Shown: positions 24,104-38,885, counted from the first letter of the whole stretch. The stretch: 62,850 nucleotides of DNA, filler included, from Squatina squatina (GCA_031763465.1; 3 parts of 3 records of this genome joined end to end with filler, not necessarily neighbours in it); one strand, 5' to 3'. Notes: generated by a model from the sequence alone, not told the origin. Numbers and translations are program-made.

Positions 24104-26092
24104 GTAAGTAACATCTTCGCTCCTGTTGTTGATCTAAATTGTGTTTTGTAATGTATTTAATGTGCAATTCCGCTATTAGCTATGTACTTTACATTTCAAC
24201 CATTNNNNNNNNNNNNNNNNNNNNNNNNNNNNNNNNNNNNNNNNNNNNNNNNNNNNNNNNNNNNNNNNNNNNNNNNNNNNNNNNNNNNNNNNNNNNNNNN
24301 NNNNCCTGCTTGGTCATTTAGCAAATGTAATCCAGTTCAGTATAGCATAGTGAGAGACAGGTCAGGAAAGTTCCAGGTCCAACCCTTGTTCTGCACTCAA
24401 ACCTGTTGATCTGAGCAGAGACATCAGTTTGGAGTGTTATATTTGACCTGTGTTCTTCAGTAGGCAATGGGATAAATCAACCATGATTCCTGCTACTGGG
24501 CATCAGAGCCCCCTAACCACCTGCCAGGATGTTAATATCGGCAAAGAAATAACATTGCAACAAATAAACTTTGTCACTGGTGGGATTGATCCAGGGAGTT
24601 CACTGAGCCTGGGTGGCTCTCAGAGGCGCTATAGTTGGTCTCAAATTGTTCCTGTACCTTTAAGGGGAAAAAGTAAGCTAGTCAAAACTGAAAGTGCCTG
24701 TGTGTGTGTGTTTTGGGTGAGAAGAGGATTGGCTGAGCTGTGAAAACAGTCCAGACTCGCATATGAAAAGTGGCCACTTGACTGAATCGGGCAGAACAGT
24801 ATGTCAGCAAGAGTCGGTGTGTGAAAGAAAGAAGAATGGTAATGCCACAATGTTGGCCACTGTACCATTGTTTTTAACAACCAACTTTCATGTAATTGGC
24901 TGGACAATTCATAAATTGGAAAACAATTCTGCTGCCTTAATTACGAAGTGATTTTATGAAGTCTTGAATGGGGCGGGTTTTCTATTGAAATGGCAATATC
25001 TTGCGATAAGCAATGTTCTAAACATGATCTGAAAAAGGCAATTCATCTCTCTTATTTTTTTCTATCCAGGATTTGTTTTTGTACAATATGTGTATTTGAA
25101 TATCTAAAGTTTAATGTGTACAGGTACTGTGTGACTAATGCAATTTTAAAATTCTGTGAATCCTGTGCATTCAACTGAACAAACATCTAAGACAACTTTA
25201 ATGATTTTATATCACTTCCCGCATAAAAGAATGTATCTGAGACATTAGATAAGATTGAAAGCATCAGTTTTGTTGGATTGAACTGCCATTGCAGTGAATG
25301 TGAAAAATATTTTAATATGTTTACCTTAGTAGGTTAGAGTAATATTTTAATTTATCTATAATTGGCACCCTAGTTAAATTGCCAGTATCATGATTTAATC
25401 TATCATGGACTTAAGTTAAATGTTCTCGCCTTTCAGCAAAACAGTATTTTATCAGTATGAAACGTCCCACTGGTATGGCAACGTAAATAGTTTAGATCAT
25501 CTGATGCTGACTGTAACCTTCTGAATTCTATCTTGAGGCAATGAAAGATATTTGTATGGTGACATGCAGTCGCTGTACTGACCTAGTTCTGCACCTCTAT
25601 CAGTAGGCTTCAAAGCTTTGTATTCTGTGGCAGGAATTGAAGATTAATATCTTTCATATTAACGAGCATTTTGTGAATATCATTTTAAAGTAAGTAATCA
25701 GAAATGCACAAATCTTGTCATGCATTGCGAGTGCAAGGTTATTTTTGCGACATTGCTATTTGAGCCATGAGTTTCCCAATATCGGGGGAAGGTCTGTACT
25801 TGCCAGCAACAGCAGGAGTGTATTTCTGGCTTGAATGGACAGGTCAGCAGTGGCAACCAGACTAATTTGGTGGACCTGGTGTAAGTGCTTCTGCTAGCAA
25901 CCATTTACCTTTGCTGTCTGAGGTATCCAGTGAGGCTCTCAACCAATGCTGACAGCGGCACTGGGTCATTTATTAGAGTGTCTCTGGCACATNNNNNNNN
26001 NNNNNNNNNNNNNNNNNNNNNNNNNNNNNNNNNNNNNNNNNNNNNNNNNNNNNNNNNNNNNNNNNNNNNNNNNNNNNNNNNNNNNNNNNNNN

Positions 26093-27570
26093 AGAGCAAT
26101 TCCCTTACCTCAGCCTGAGACAGGAGCAGTGTGTGAGGTGTCTGCACTTTATGAAGGAGGTGCTCACAGAACTCTGTCACCTCTTGCAACCAGACCTGCT
26201 GCCTCACACTAGGGCAAGGACAGCACTGCCACTGGCTGTAAAGGTGACCGTAGCCCTAAATTTCCTCATTTGGGATCCTTCCTGGCTTGTCCACTGTAGC
26301 ACAATAGTGGGGATAGACCCTCTTTATGCCATGAGAGGGATGTTCATTGTCTTCTCACTGACTAGAGAAGTGGAGCATTTGCCAGGGTTGTGGGCTTCCT
26401 CATGGTGCAGGGCAGCATTGACTGACCACCAGCCTCATAACTCCACTCTGCAACCCGCAACTGAACAATGAGAGCCATGTTGCCACACAGCATTTGATAG
26501 AGCAGACCATTGGCGTGCTTAAGCTGCCTGTACTGCTCTGGAAGAGTCCTGCAGTACTCACCAGATCAATTCTCAAGATTCATCATGGTGTGCTGCAGGC
26601 TCCACAATCTTGCTATCATCAGCCCTTGCCACTGGACATATGGTGACCAACTGAGGAGGAGAAGGAGAAAGCGGAGAGGAAGAGGAGGAGGAGGAAGTGG
26701 AAAAGAGGAGGAAGAAGAGGAAGAAGAGGAAGCGAAGGAGAAAGAGGAGGAAGAGGAGGAAGCAGAAGAAGAGGAAGCGGAAGGAAGGAGGCAACCCAGA
26801 CAGCCCCTTTCTGGCTGGGATATCCTGGATCGAATCATCCGCTGCGCTACTTGTGAAGAGAACCCCAATTCCCCTTTCAATATTAGTCCCACACCTTACC
26901 TTCCCTCTGTTACTGACCAATCACAGCGACCTCTTGGCCACAATGCTGAAATAAAAGCCACCACAAAGCAAACTTTCCAATCCAACTTTATCCATATATT
27001 AATCCCAATATTACATCAAGAAATCATGTAATCACCTTTGTGCATTCCCTTAGTGACTGTCTTGCATGTGCCCTTGCCTGTCCTAGTGGTGTTACGCAGT
27101 GCTACCCCAATGTGTGCAGCACGGCTGGTGGAAGATTGCTGACTTTCAGTGGGGGACATTGCAGATGGACTTGCAGGATGGCCTTGAGGTTGGGAGTGTG
27201 AAATCAAGTGACGGTGTTTCTTCTTCACTCTCCTCTCCCTCTTCTTGGTCAACCACTGGCTGGGCAGGCTGCATNNNNNNNNNNACAGCTTGTAAATCAG
27301 ACGATATTGGGGGCTGAGGAGGAAGTGGGATGTGATGTATGTGGATATCGGCATCTTGTATTCTTTCGGCCCCGCATGACCAAGGGCTCAGCCATGCCCT
27401 TGCCAAGAACGGCTAGCACCGTCTCCCCCAAGGGGGTGAGGTGAAGTTAGGAATGTGAGGCATGCCCCATGTTTGGTAGAGATTAATGGTAGGTGGGTGA
27501 TTGGGAGGGTGGTCGTGCATTGAGCAGTGCGTGAGGCTAGCGGTGCAGTTGGTAGGAAGTGGCTTTTGAA
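26093..27570 (+). mobile_element. Decayed PIF/Harbinger transposon: HARBI1-like transposase pseudogene plus a probable convergent partner-gene remnant
   Basis: KEVLTELCHLLQPDL...TALPLAVKVTVALNF and EQTIGVL...LQYSPDQFSRFIMVCCRLHNLAI are HARBI1-type DDE motifs; there are frameshifts, deletions and a Glu-rich tail. Confidence 0.85.
26653..26790 (+). repeat. (GAG/GAA)-rich purine tract
   Basis: Nearly pure purine run that reads as poly-Glu at the transposase C-terminus. Confidence 0.9.
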
Positions 27571-28978
27571 NNNNNNNNNNNNNNNNNNNNNNNNNNNNNN
27601 NNNNNNNNNNNNNNNNNNNNNNNNNNNNNNNNNNNNNNNNNNNNNNNNNNNNNNNNNNNNNNNNNNNNNNGTTAGAATTTCCATGGGTTGCCCTAATTCT
27701 TGCTGTGGCATTGGTGAAAGATCCCTGAAAACTTCAGAGAAATAATGTTTCTCCAGGGTTTCCACAGATCTTCCCCCGAAGTTACAAATGACAGTCAGGA
27801 AAACCCATATGAAAATTAATGGCAAAAGTCTTTGGCACAGCAAGAGGGTCTGCTTGATGCACAAATACTTGACCCTTACCATGTATAAACATTTTCTGTG
27901 CCTTAATATTTCTGGAATAATTTCTGGAAAATCAGGTCCCAGATGGAAAGTCAATCTCAGATCAAAACAATCCACAGTCCATTTTTTCCTTGCCCACTAG
28001 AAACTGTAGAATTGTCATCAGCAATGGATATCAAAAAGGACACAGACGACCAAATTCAGCTGCTAAAATGGCCACAGTATATTTATTCAATGATCTTGGT
28101 ACCTTGTGCCGCAGTAAAATAAAAAGTGTACAAAAATTTTGAGATACAGTATACAAAATTTCAAGTATTCCAATTCTTTACTTTTACAAGAAGAACAAAA
28201 CAAGTATGAACTAATAATTATTTGAAATATTATCTTATATTTCCATCACTATAATGATTCAACTCACTCTACAGTCAAAATAGTAAAGACACAATGCACA
28301 TTCTGATAATTTTGTGTTCAATACAGCTTGTTCTATTGCTGAATAGCATTACATTAGCAGTTACTAGCCAGTACCAACCTTTGCAGTCTGTACTAATAAA
28401 GGAATGTTTGATACAAAGGGATCGTATAATTTTCAATTGGTTTTTAACTATTCACAGTAAGATCTCTTCTTCCCAGACATTTCCAGGTGTATTATAAGAG
28501 GGTTATTAAAAGCACATTTGTTTTTCTACTGCATCTTTCACTATGGTACTTGCACTGACCTAAGTGTTCATTATACTATTGTGTAAACAGAAACATAATT
28601 TTCTATCTTCTCACTAGGTGTTTAAGGTTGATCGGCTGATGTATTTACCGAAAAAAGAAATAGCACTTTCAGAATCTAGTCAGCACCTTTTAGACCAATG
28701 ACTAGCTCACTGAGATCAGAATATTAATATTTGGCAAGTGACAGTATATTTTGAAATATAAATCCTTTCCATATAGCTGACATTATTAGGATTTGAAGGG
28801 TGTATATTCAGACATAAAAAGAAGCATTAGTTATATTTATATCGTAAGGAATGTAAAATTTACTGAAATATATAAAAAGGTAAAATGTTCATATCGCGGA
28901 ACATATAGTTTGTAATGTTACGTCTCTTGATTTCTACTTCTTAGTTAAACCTAATTGCAATTGTGAAAGGAAATACAC

Positions 28979-29135
28979 GGGGTAAATTTATAAGCAGGCC
29001 TAAAACAGTCGTTGCTGATCAGCTGCCCATTATAGCAATCACTCAATTTTTATTTTGAATCGGGAAGTTTCTTTAATGGCCAGCTGATCCACAATGTCAG
29101 TTTTATGCCCAGGTAGCAAGTTGAAAATCTACCCC
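28979..29135. mobile_element. 157-bp MITE
   Basis: Terminal inverted repeats GGGGTAAATTT ... AAATCTACCCC (1 mismatch in 11). Confidence 0.65.
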
Positions 29136-30109
29136 ATTGTCATGTAGCTGCATGCGACTCAATGATGCATAAAAGAAAATGCTCACATTAAAAGTTTCAA
29201 CAAAACCTACAAAGAAAATATCAGTGATTGAAAAATGCAAAGTCCATTCTTGAATGAATTACCAGAAAATGAATCTCCAAACTATATACATAAAGTAAAC
29301 CACAGTTGAGGTAGTTATAACGTACAATATATTACAAAAAAAAATCTGCTGCAGCACAAAACATACAGTACATGAATGACACATTCACCTTGAGTTAAGT
29401 TTACGTGGCAAATAATATTATAGTAATTTGGACTTATTAACTACTATTTCAGAATCAAAGTTTGTTCTTAACCTATGCCTTTAGATATAACAAGTAAAGT
29501 CTGAAGTTAAGAATGCAGGTTTTGAAGGCAAATGGTATGTTGGCCTTCATAGCGANNNNNNNNNNNNNNNNNNNNNNNNNNNNNNNNNNNNNNNNNNNNN
29601 NNNNNNNNNNNNNNNNNNNNNNNNNNNNNNNNNNNNNNNNNNNNNNNNNNNNNNNCCGTTTTTTATTATCTTCTTTGATAAAGCAAAGATAGGGGAAGAA
29701 TTGAAAGAAACGAGATTTTCATTGCTCCATTAAAGGTCATGAAAAGGACCCAAGTGTAATGATTCAGCCTTTACACCGAGAGAACTGGAGGTTGCAATCT
29801 GAAGGACATTGATGAATCTTGAGGAAAAATATTAGCAAAGGAGTGGTCAGGGCTGTAAATGAGTGGAGAAGACCTGGGAAAGAGGACAATGCAGAAAGAA
29901 CTCAGAATAAGCCATCAACTACAGCATATATAGAGCATTTTGAGAGAAAATCTGATAACCATGAACTAGTTTTGGTGGTATGCTATATGACAGTGTTTAG
30001 TATTTTGCAGTACAATTGCTTTGGGGATGTTGAAAGCAATGATGTATGTTTCACCAGTGTTCAGTGTATGCAACATAGATAACTATCACTATTCGAATGG
30101 CCATCGACC

Positions 30110-30465
30110 ATGGAAAAGGGAATATTTACAGGGCTATGGGGAAAGAGCAGCAGACTGGGACTAATTGGATAGCTTTCATAGAGCTGGCACAGGTATGGTG
30201 GGCTGAATGGTCTCCTTCTGTGCTGTGTGATTTGATTCTGAATTACATTACATAGAATATATAGCATGGAAACAGGCCATTCAGCCAAACTAGTCTGTGC
30301 TGATGTTTATACTCCACACGAGCCTCCTCCAATTTCAACTATCTCATCTCAGCCTTTCAGCATATTTCTATTCCCTTTTCTCTCATGTGCTTGTCTAGTT
30401 TCCCTTTGAAAGCACCTCAGCTATTTGCCTCAACGACTTCCTGTGGTAGCGAGTTCCACATTCTT
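30110..30465. mobile_element. Two CR1-type 3' ends arranged tail to tail
   Basis: A + copy ending GGGCTGAATGGTCTCCTTCTGTGCTGT (about 30200-30230) and a - copy starting ATAGCATGGAAACAGGCCATTCAGCC (about 30261-30286). Confidence 0.7.
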
Positions 30466-32942
30466 AAAAGTTGAAAAAGGATCCCAGACTTTTGATAGTA
30501 GTGTTTTGACGATCAGTAAATTGTTTATAAAAATGCACAGCTGTAAACTTTTGGTGTAGAGAATAATTCAAGTGACAGGTTTTACTTCCAGCTACTATGA
30601 CATGAGTACAGAATTTCTGGGAAGAGTGATGCCCTCAGTCTATAAGCATGTTTGTTGGCCTTTTACTGGCATTTGGTATTTACATAAAAAGTTCCACCCT
30701 TAAGACATGACTTTGATGCAAAATTCCTTAGAGGAGTTGGTTAATTAACTCAGAGACTGAGGCCACCATTCAGTGAAAGACCTTTTGCTCTCACTGTCCT
30801 AAGGCCATCTTGGGCAGAACATCTGTATATATTTACAGGCAAGAGCATAGCCTCTTCCCATGTGACAGAATGGAATGTTTCTAGGTTACTTCCTACATAA
30901 AAAAAAAATGGAATTACTATTTGTTTGCTAATTAGTAACTTCATAAATTGTTTAGTTATATATGTACTTATGGACAAAGAAATAATGTCATAGGATTTTT
31001 ACTGCTATTTATATCTTGTGTAAAGATTGCCATACTTCTCAGATTAGTCAAAAAATCATATATATATTTGATTGATGGAAATATCATCAAATGGCGCAAT
31101 GTGAACCAATTTATTCCCCAACCTTAAATTTCTCCACTGCAAATAATATTCCACAAACTTATGATAGCTGTCAATCTGTCTGTAGTATGCTATGTATTTT
31201 TAACATTGATCAGTTTTAACACTACCACATTCACTGGAGAGCTAGAAATACAGGATTGGCAAGTAATGACCTATTAGGCATGGAGCTCATTTAATATATG
31301 CACATTAGGTTATCCATGGCTGACATGTATAGCACACTGTACAACTGAAACATTGATGCAAATTATGGAAAATGGGCAAAATTGTTGCATCTTACACTAA
31401 ATTAACAGGTGTAAAACATCTTTTAACATGTAATATATACATTATATCAGAATAATCAAAAAAACAAAATCCTGAAACAAGTTTTCTCTCATAAACACCT
31501 TTTTTATAACAATGGAAAAATCCTTTTGTGAAAAGACAAAGCAATTTCTCCGAAACTATTCTTTGCATATTCCCTTTGACTTTAGATTTTTCAGACAAAA
31601 GCACTTGTACTGGTAAAACTATCAATAACTGAAATTTAAATAATGTACAGTAAGTAAAAACAGCTGCCACTGACAAGCAAAATCAACCTTTTCGAATGCA
31701 ATGTATTTTAAAACTACTCCCTACCACAGTGGCATCCAATTGTTCATCATTGATTTATACGATTATGCAGTGCCTTTGTACACTCTCAATAATGTCCATC
31801 AAAGTGGTAACAATTTTGCCAATCTTCTCTTGCAACAGCTTGCAAAAAGTTACACAATTAATTAGCATGCTGCACCCCTCACTATCCTTTCTGTAGAGTG
31901 CATATTTTGACTGCACGAATAGTGAGTACGGTGTGAGATTCTAGCCCAAACAGAGCTTTCAATACTGAGAAAGGTATCATAGTCAGTTAGTAAAACTGGC
32001 TTCAAATAAAACTCTGTCCAGTAGCTGACAATCTGTTTGGCAGTCTATGCTTCCTTTCTATTCAGATAAGTATTTCCCACTGTACTAATGGTGTGTGCCG
32101 GCATTTGCAGAGGTTGAAACTAAATTGGATCTTGACTGTCTTGGCAAATTCACATCCTTTTCTTCGCTTTCACACTGAGACCATCACAGCCCTGCTTGAT
32201 AGCAAATATCCAGGGCTATATGCTCCATCAAATTACTAAACCGCCACAAAGTGCAGGCTTGTGTTTTAGTGTAGACACCTTTACTTAAGCTTTATACATA
32301 TATGTAGATACTTAAAATTCCATTTCAGTTCTCATGATGATACAATCCAGAATGGAAAGCTGCCAAGTTTGTTTTCAATGTCTGCATAAAATTTCGTTCA
32401 CAATATCACGATTATCCATTTAAAAAGTTACTTTCTAGCATAGTTCACAATATTAAAAAAATCAACAAAATCACATTTTTAAATTCTTGATTACATAAAT
32501 CAAAGAGACAAATGAAATTCATTTTGAGATACTAGAAAATGTGCATGTTCATACTGCCAGCAAATAATGCATTTTGAATTCTTGACAGCTTAGAGAAGCC
32601 CGATTTTGGTAAATATGCTGGCAGATGAATTAGCACCATATCATTAAAGTTATAAGAAAATGATAATCATAGTAATATTTGTCTGCCTCTCCAAGTTCTT
32701 AAACATTGTTGCTCATGATGGCATATACATTAATGTACTGTGTGCATCAACATCATAAACCAATTTAGAAAGNNNNNNNNNNNNNNNNNNNNNNNNNNNN
32801 NNNNNNNNNNNNNNNNNNNNNNNNNNNNNNNNNNNNNNNNNNNNNNNNNNNNNNNNNNNNNNNNNNNNNNNNNNNNNNNNNNNNNNNNNNNNNNNNNNNN
32901 NNNNNNNNNNNNNNNNNNNNNNNNNNNNNNNNNNNNNNNNNN

Positions 32943-33744
<802 letters not shown>

Positions 33745-34299
33745 NNNNNNNNNNNNNNNNNNNNNNNNNNNNNNNNNNNNNNNNNNNNNNNNNNNNNNNN
33801 NNNNNNNNNNNNNNNNNNNNNNNNNNNNNNNNNNNNNNNNNNNNATTAAAAAAATGCACATATGAAATCAAATCTTAAACCATATATTTATTGTGTTAGC
33901 AAAAGAAGAATTTGTTGAGGTGTGTAAAATTGCAGGAGCATAAGTCAAAGGGTTTACATTCTTTTCCTATGAAAATTGTAATGCTCCTGGTCATACAAAG
34001 TCTTTTAAAAATATTCTACAGGGGTAACTCCTGTGTGCCATTGATTTAACAGTAGCTACTATAAACAAAAGCACTGTCGCACAGTTTAATCAATTTATAC
34101 CTTGGTCCTGATCTGAGGAGCTGCGATGTAAAAATCCAACATCAAAAAGAAATTCTATTTGTTTTTGCTCTCAAAAGCACAATAAAAATGAACCATGGCA
34201 TAAACAGAAGCCATGATTTGACAGTTCCAATATATTCGCAAATACCTGACCAATATAACCAATCAGCCACTATCATTTGCTAACTTTCTCTATTTGTTC

Positions 34300-34625
34300 T
34301 CAGTATGCAGGCGCCACTGGCAAGGCCACATTCACTCTCCATCTCAAGATGCTTGGTTGTGGTGATGCTGATGGACCTCCTTCTTGTACCGCTGATGTCC
34401 TCATGCTGATGGTGCTCCCAAAATGAAGTTAGGTTCCAGCACATTGACCAGAAATTATGAAGGAACTTGCTTTATCTCCAAGCCAGGATGTGCATAACCT
34501 AGAGGTGATGGTGCTCTCATGACTTTGCTCCTGTTTTACTTCTTGGTGGTAGAGTTCACAGGACTGGAAGATGCTGTCAAAATATGCTTTATGAGGATCA
34601 TTATTACATCTTGCAGATAATACAT
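34300..34625 (-). mobile_element. Decayed LINE 3' end (CR1/L2-group family common in sharks)
   Basis: CTGGCAAGGCCA...CCTTCTTG.ACCGCTG motif also seen at 55725-55790; identified by pattern recall. Confidence 0.55.
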
Positions 34626-36539
34626 ACCTGATCTGGTCTCCATGTGCCTCCAGTCCTACAATATGGGGTTGATGTATAATGCTTTTTGAAGTGGTCTTGC
34701 ACACCACTCAGCTGTAAACAATTGCTACAGAAGACAATCATAAAAGAAATATCAGATGGATCTATCAGGAATGACACAGAAATGGGATCAGCACAAGACT
34801 CAAGGTAAACTCATTTGAACATGCAGTGGCCTTTGCTGATCGCAATTGCCTTGTAACATGGGAGTATTTTTAGTGCAGAAATGGAAATTGCAGGTACAAG
34901 CCTTTAAAGAGCTTAGAAAGGCTGAAGAATGCAGCAGCAGGCTGGGCGAGCTAGCAAGACTGAGTAACAGTTGTGCATGTGTAGTAAATGGATGATGTGA
35001 GTATTCGTGGCATTTTAAAAGCATTTCTTCGAGTAGGAGATTTTGCAGAGCNNNNNNNNNNNNNNNNNNNNNNNNNNNNNNNNNNNNNNNNNNNNNNNNN
35101 NNNNNNNNNNNNNNNNNNNNNNNNNNNNNNNNNNNNNNNNNNNNNNNNNNNGCTCTCATTCTTAATGGTCCTTAACCATGATTTTGATGTCTTTTGAAAT
35201 AGACATCACCTTGATCTGCTATTATAATACATGTTCCGGTCTAATTTCTCAATCAAACCATATGCTTGTAGTTTGTGATTTATGATTTTAAAATGAATCA
35301 CTATTGAATTTAAACTGCTTTCATTAGCAGCTTTACTGGCAAGTATGTGGCTCTAACATCAATATTTATTAAACTCTTAGGATTGAGGAAACAATTACAC
35401 AGTAGATACCACTACTGATCTCGGTCAGAAATCCGAGGTGGCCCTCACTGCATTGGTTTGCTTGGGTTGGATCAAAACCAAGCGTTTGCTTTCAAAGCTG
35501 AGCGCTGGCACTTGAAGCTGAATTGTGGCGGTATTGTGTTATTTTTAGCAGCTGGGCTTCTTCCTGATGATTACATCACCACCAGCAGCACACTGCAGTC
35601 ACAATACAGAAACAGCACAAAGAATGAGCATCTGGCTGTATTGTCCAGCTGTAGGTGTGCTGGGGAAGAGGGTGAATGTTACATTCCGGCTGTACACTAT
35701 AGTAAACAGGGTAAAATATTAAGCCATTCCGTAAAGGACGGGATTATGGTTTTGTTACACGTACTGGTCAAACCAATCTTCACCCAGGTTACAAGTGCAG
35801 AATGTTGAAGTTATGTGTAACCGTAGAACGTTGCTAACATATTCCAAATAAACTGCAACATCTTGTTACATTTTCACACTTTCACAGCTATAATGTTGCT
35901 GCTCTCCCCAGAGTGGAGTCTGACTGGTCAGACAGGACAAGGTGAGGAGCAGGAGAACACAGCCCTGAACGACTTTCACTGCTCAGACTCGATCACGCAG
36001 ATCAAAGAATTGGTAAGAGTTCGAAGTAATTTTGGTGACTTCAGCCCGGCTCTGTGTGGAGAATAATCGATGCGCAGCATTGAAACATATCCTTGATTCA
36101 CCCCACANNNNNNNNNNCGGTTACACTACGCTGAGAGTGTGAAGAACAGACACTGATGTGGAGTGGAATACTCTGTCAGACATGTTCGCGACTTTGGAAA
36201 GAGGTCAGTCGTATTTCTGACTGACACCTAACATTCCCAGTGCTGTAAGGGCGGCTTTCCTCATGTTCCCTCTTCTCACACTTCTCCCAACAAGCAGGAG
36301 AGTAAGACTAAAAGCCTCCCATTGAGAACCTCGAACATACCATTTATGTGAGGATGTGCGATGCACTGCCAGAGTTGGTGACNNNNNNNNNNNNNNNNNN
36401 NNNNNNNNNNNNNNNNNNNNNNNNNNNNNNNNNNNNNNNNNNNNNNNNNNNNNNNNNNNNNNNNNNNNNNNNNNNNNNNNNNCTCGTGGGAATGCATCTA
36501 CTCTGTACCCGAACTATCTCCTCTTTGAAAGCCTCCTTT

Positions 36540-36895
36540 AATTGAGAGGTTGGGAGAGAGTTGATAGAAACAAAGTGTTTCCAGTGGTGAGGGATGTGAA
36601 CGAGAGCCCATAGATATAAGATTAAATGTAAGAGATTTAGGACAGAGAGCAGGAGAAACCTCTTCAGAGTATTGTAAGGCTATGGAATTACTACCAGAGT
36701 TGGTGATTGAAGCAGAGATCATGCCAACATTTAAGAACAGATTCGATAGGTGGTTGAAGGAAAGGGGAATAAAGCGATATGGGAAGAGAGCGAGCCGGTA
36801 GGGTCAGCATTACTGGTCAGGTGGAGGATAAACACCAACACCGACTGATTGGGCCGAATGGCCCATTTCCATCTTGTGATTTCTACAAAATGTTA
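36540..36895 (+). mobile_element. CR1 LINE 3' end
   Basis: Decayed ORF2 C-terminal LWN.LP.LVIEA motif followed by a GGGCCGAATGGCC tail. Confidence 0.75.
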
Positions 36896-36928
36896 TGTGG
36901 TTTACCAGTAGTCCCTGTAAATGAATCA

Positions 36929-37162
<234 letters not shown>

Positions 37163-37215
37163 TTAAAACTGTGATGGCACAAATCAGACAACAATCTAAC
37201 ATCTGACTTCAAAAA

Positions 37216-37655
37216 TGTGTCTGTGTGAGTGTATGTATATGTGAGACTGTGTGTGTGTGTGTGTGAGTTTGTGTGAGCATCTGTGTGTGTCTGTGTGTGT
37301 GTGTCTCAGTGTGAGTGTGTCTGTGTGTGTCTTAGTGTATGTCTGTGTGTGAGCGTGTCTCTCTGTGTGTGTCTATGTGAGTGTGTCTGTGTGTGTGAGT
37401 GTGTGTCTGTGTGTGAGTTTGTCTGTGTGTTTCTGTGTGTATGTGTCTGTGTGTGAGTGTTTCTGTGTGTTTATGTCTGAGTGTGACTATGAGTGTGTCG
37501 TGGGTGTGTCTGTGTGTGTGTGTGTCAGTGTTTGGATCTGTGAGTGTTTGTATCTGTCTGTGTGTGTGAGTGTGTCTGTGTGAGTGTCCTGTGAGTGTCC
37601 ACATGTGTGTATATCTGTATGTGTGTGTGTCTTTGTGAGTATGTCTGTGTGTGAA
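37216..37655. repeat. Degenerate (TG)n/(CA)n microsatellite tract
   Basis: About 440 nt of TG with interspersed TC/AG, running into a gap. Confidence 0.95.
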
Positions 37656-38785
37656 TNNNNNNNNNNNNNNNNNNNNNNNNNNNNNNNNNNNNNNNNNNNN
37701 NNNNNNNNNNNNNNNNNNNNNNNNNNNNNNNNNNNNNNNNNNNNNNNNNNNNNNNNGACCTGCTGAGTTTTTCCAGCAATTTTTGTTTGTATTCTAGATT
37801 CCAGCATCCGCAGTATTTCGCTTTTGTATTTGAGTCACATCTAGGCAGCTCTGCCTCAAACGGTACAACTGATGCATTAGGTGCTGGTGACTAGCTGCCG
37901 TTTCTTGTTCTTCCTCACCTCAGTGTTTTAGAAGCGATGTACTGAAATCAATTCTCATGGTCTTCAACATAGTCAAAATTTTGACTCTTCTCCCACTCAT
38001 CAGCTCTGCCTGAAGCAATGAACTCTACAGCAGCTGCAGCAATGCCAACTATAAATTAGATTTGTCAGCACACTGCATGAGTAAAGTGAGAGCACTGCAA
38101 AATGGTGCAAGTTCAGTTTAAACAGCAATTATGCCGGCATTAACCAGCTCAAGAAGGCTACCGCAAGGATTCAGTACTGACCCTGCTGGCAGTAATTTTG
38201 TAATGTGCAATAATATGAGGTTAAATGTGGGTGGTAAGGCACTTCTAAAATAATAACGCCATTATTAGCATTACTTGCTCCTCCTGGCCCCTCCAAAAAA
38301 AAGTAGAACGTTTCCTGGGCCATTTTGTGAGCGGCCTCCAGTGGTCCCTTTAAATATCACTTGTTAGGCTGCTCACTACCCAGTACAAATGGGCTGGGCT
38401 TACACAACCTATCAAAATTGCAATCGGGGTCCTGTGTGAATCATGTGACCCCTATCTGAATCACGGAACCCCTCCTTTTATACTGTATTAAGGCTCACAT
38501 CTGTTTCAGGTGGGTTTCTGGGCTGCCCTTGTGGAGGGCCTTGGGTAAAATGGTAGCAAGTAGGATGGGTATAAGAACAGGATACAGTGCAGTTCTGTGA
38601 TTTTACAACTGCTACCTTCATGTTCCTGCCGTGTAGACCAAATTAAAATTGGCCCTTGCATTTCAGAATTTTCAGCATTCTTGTGTCGAAGATAAGAGAT
38701 GATCTATGACACTGTATCATAAAATGATAGAAATTTACAGCACGGAAGGAGGTCATTCAGCCCATCACGTTCGCACTGGCCGACA

Positions 38786-38885
38786 NNNNNNNNNNNNNNN
38801 NNNNNNNNNNNNNNNNNNNNNNNNNNNNNTTAATTAATTAANNNNNNNNNNNNNNNNNNNNNNNNNNNNNNNNNNNNNNNNNNNN
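38786..38885. other. Artificial scaffold linker 44N-TTAATTAATTAA-44N
   Basis: TTAATTAATTAA at 38830-38841; same layout as the linker at 19947-20046. Confidence 0.95.

Larger units (their letters stand above)
28060..32772 (-). other. XKR4: Candidate long XKR4 3'UTR
   Basis: Follows the 170-N gap that should hold the XKR4 stop. It is AT-rich and mostly unique, with a minus-strand AATAAA at 28082-28087 preceded by TGTA/T-rich motifs. One 100-N gap lies inside it. Confidence 0.5.

Noticed and set aside
24340-24560. Possible ancient SINE family, with similar motifs near 18355 and 61995
   Set aside because: The similarity is too degenerate to set boundaries or assign a family by eye.
26566-26954. 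Protamine-like Arg/Lys-rich ORF and Ser/Phe-rich antisense ORFs
   Set aside because: They are alternate frames of the GAG/GAA purine tract inside the Harbinger fossil.
37332-37807. His/Thr-rich and Cys/Val-rich ORFs
   Set aside because: They are translations of the (CA)/(TG) microsatellite.
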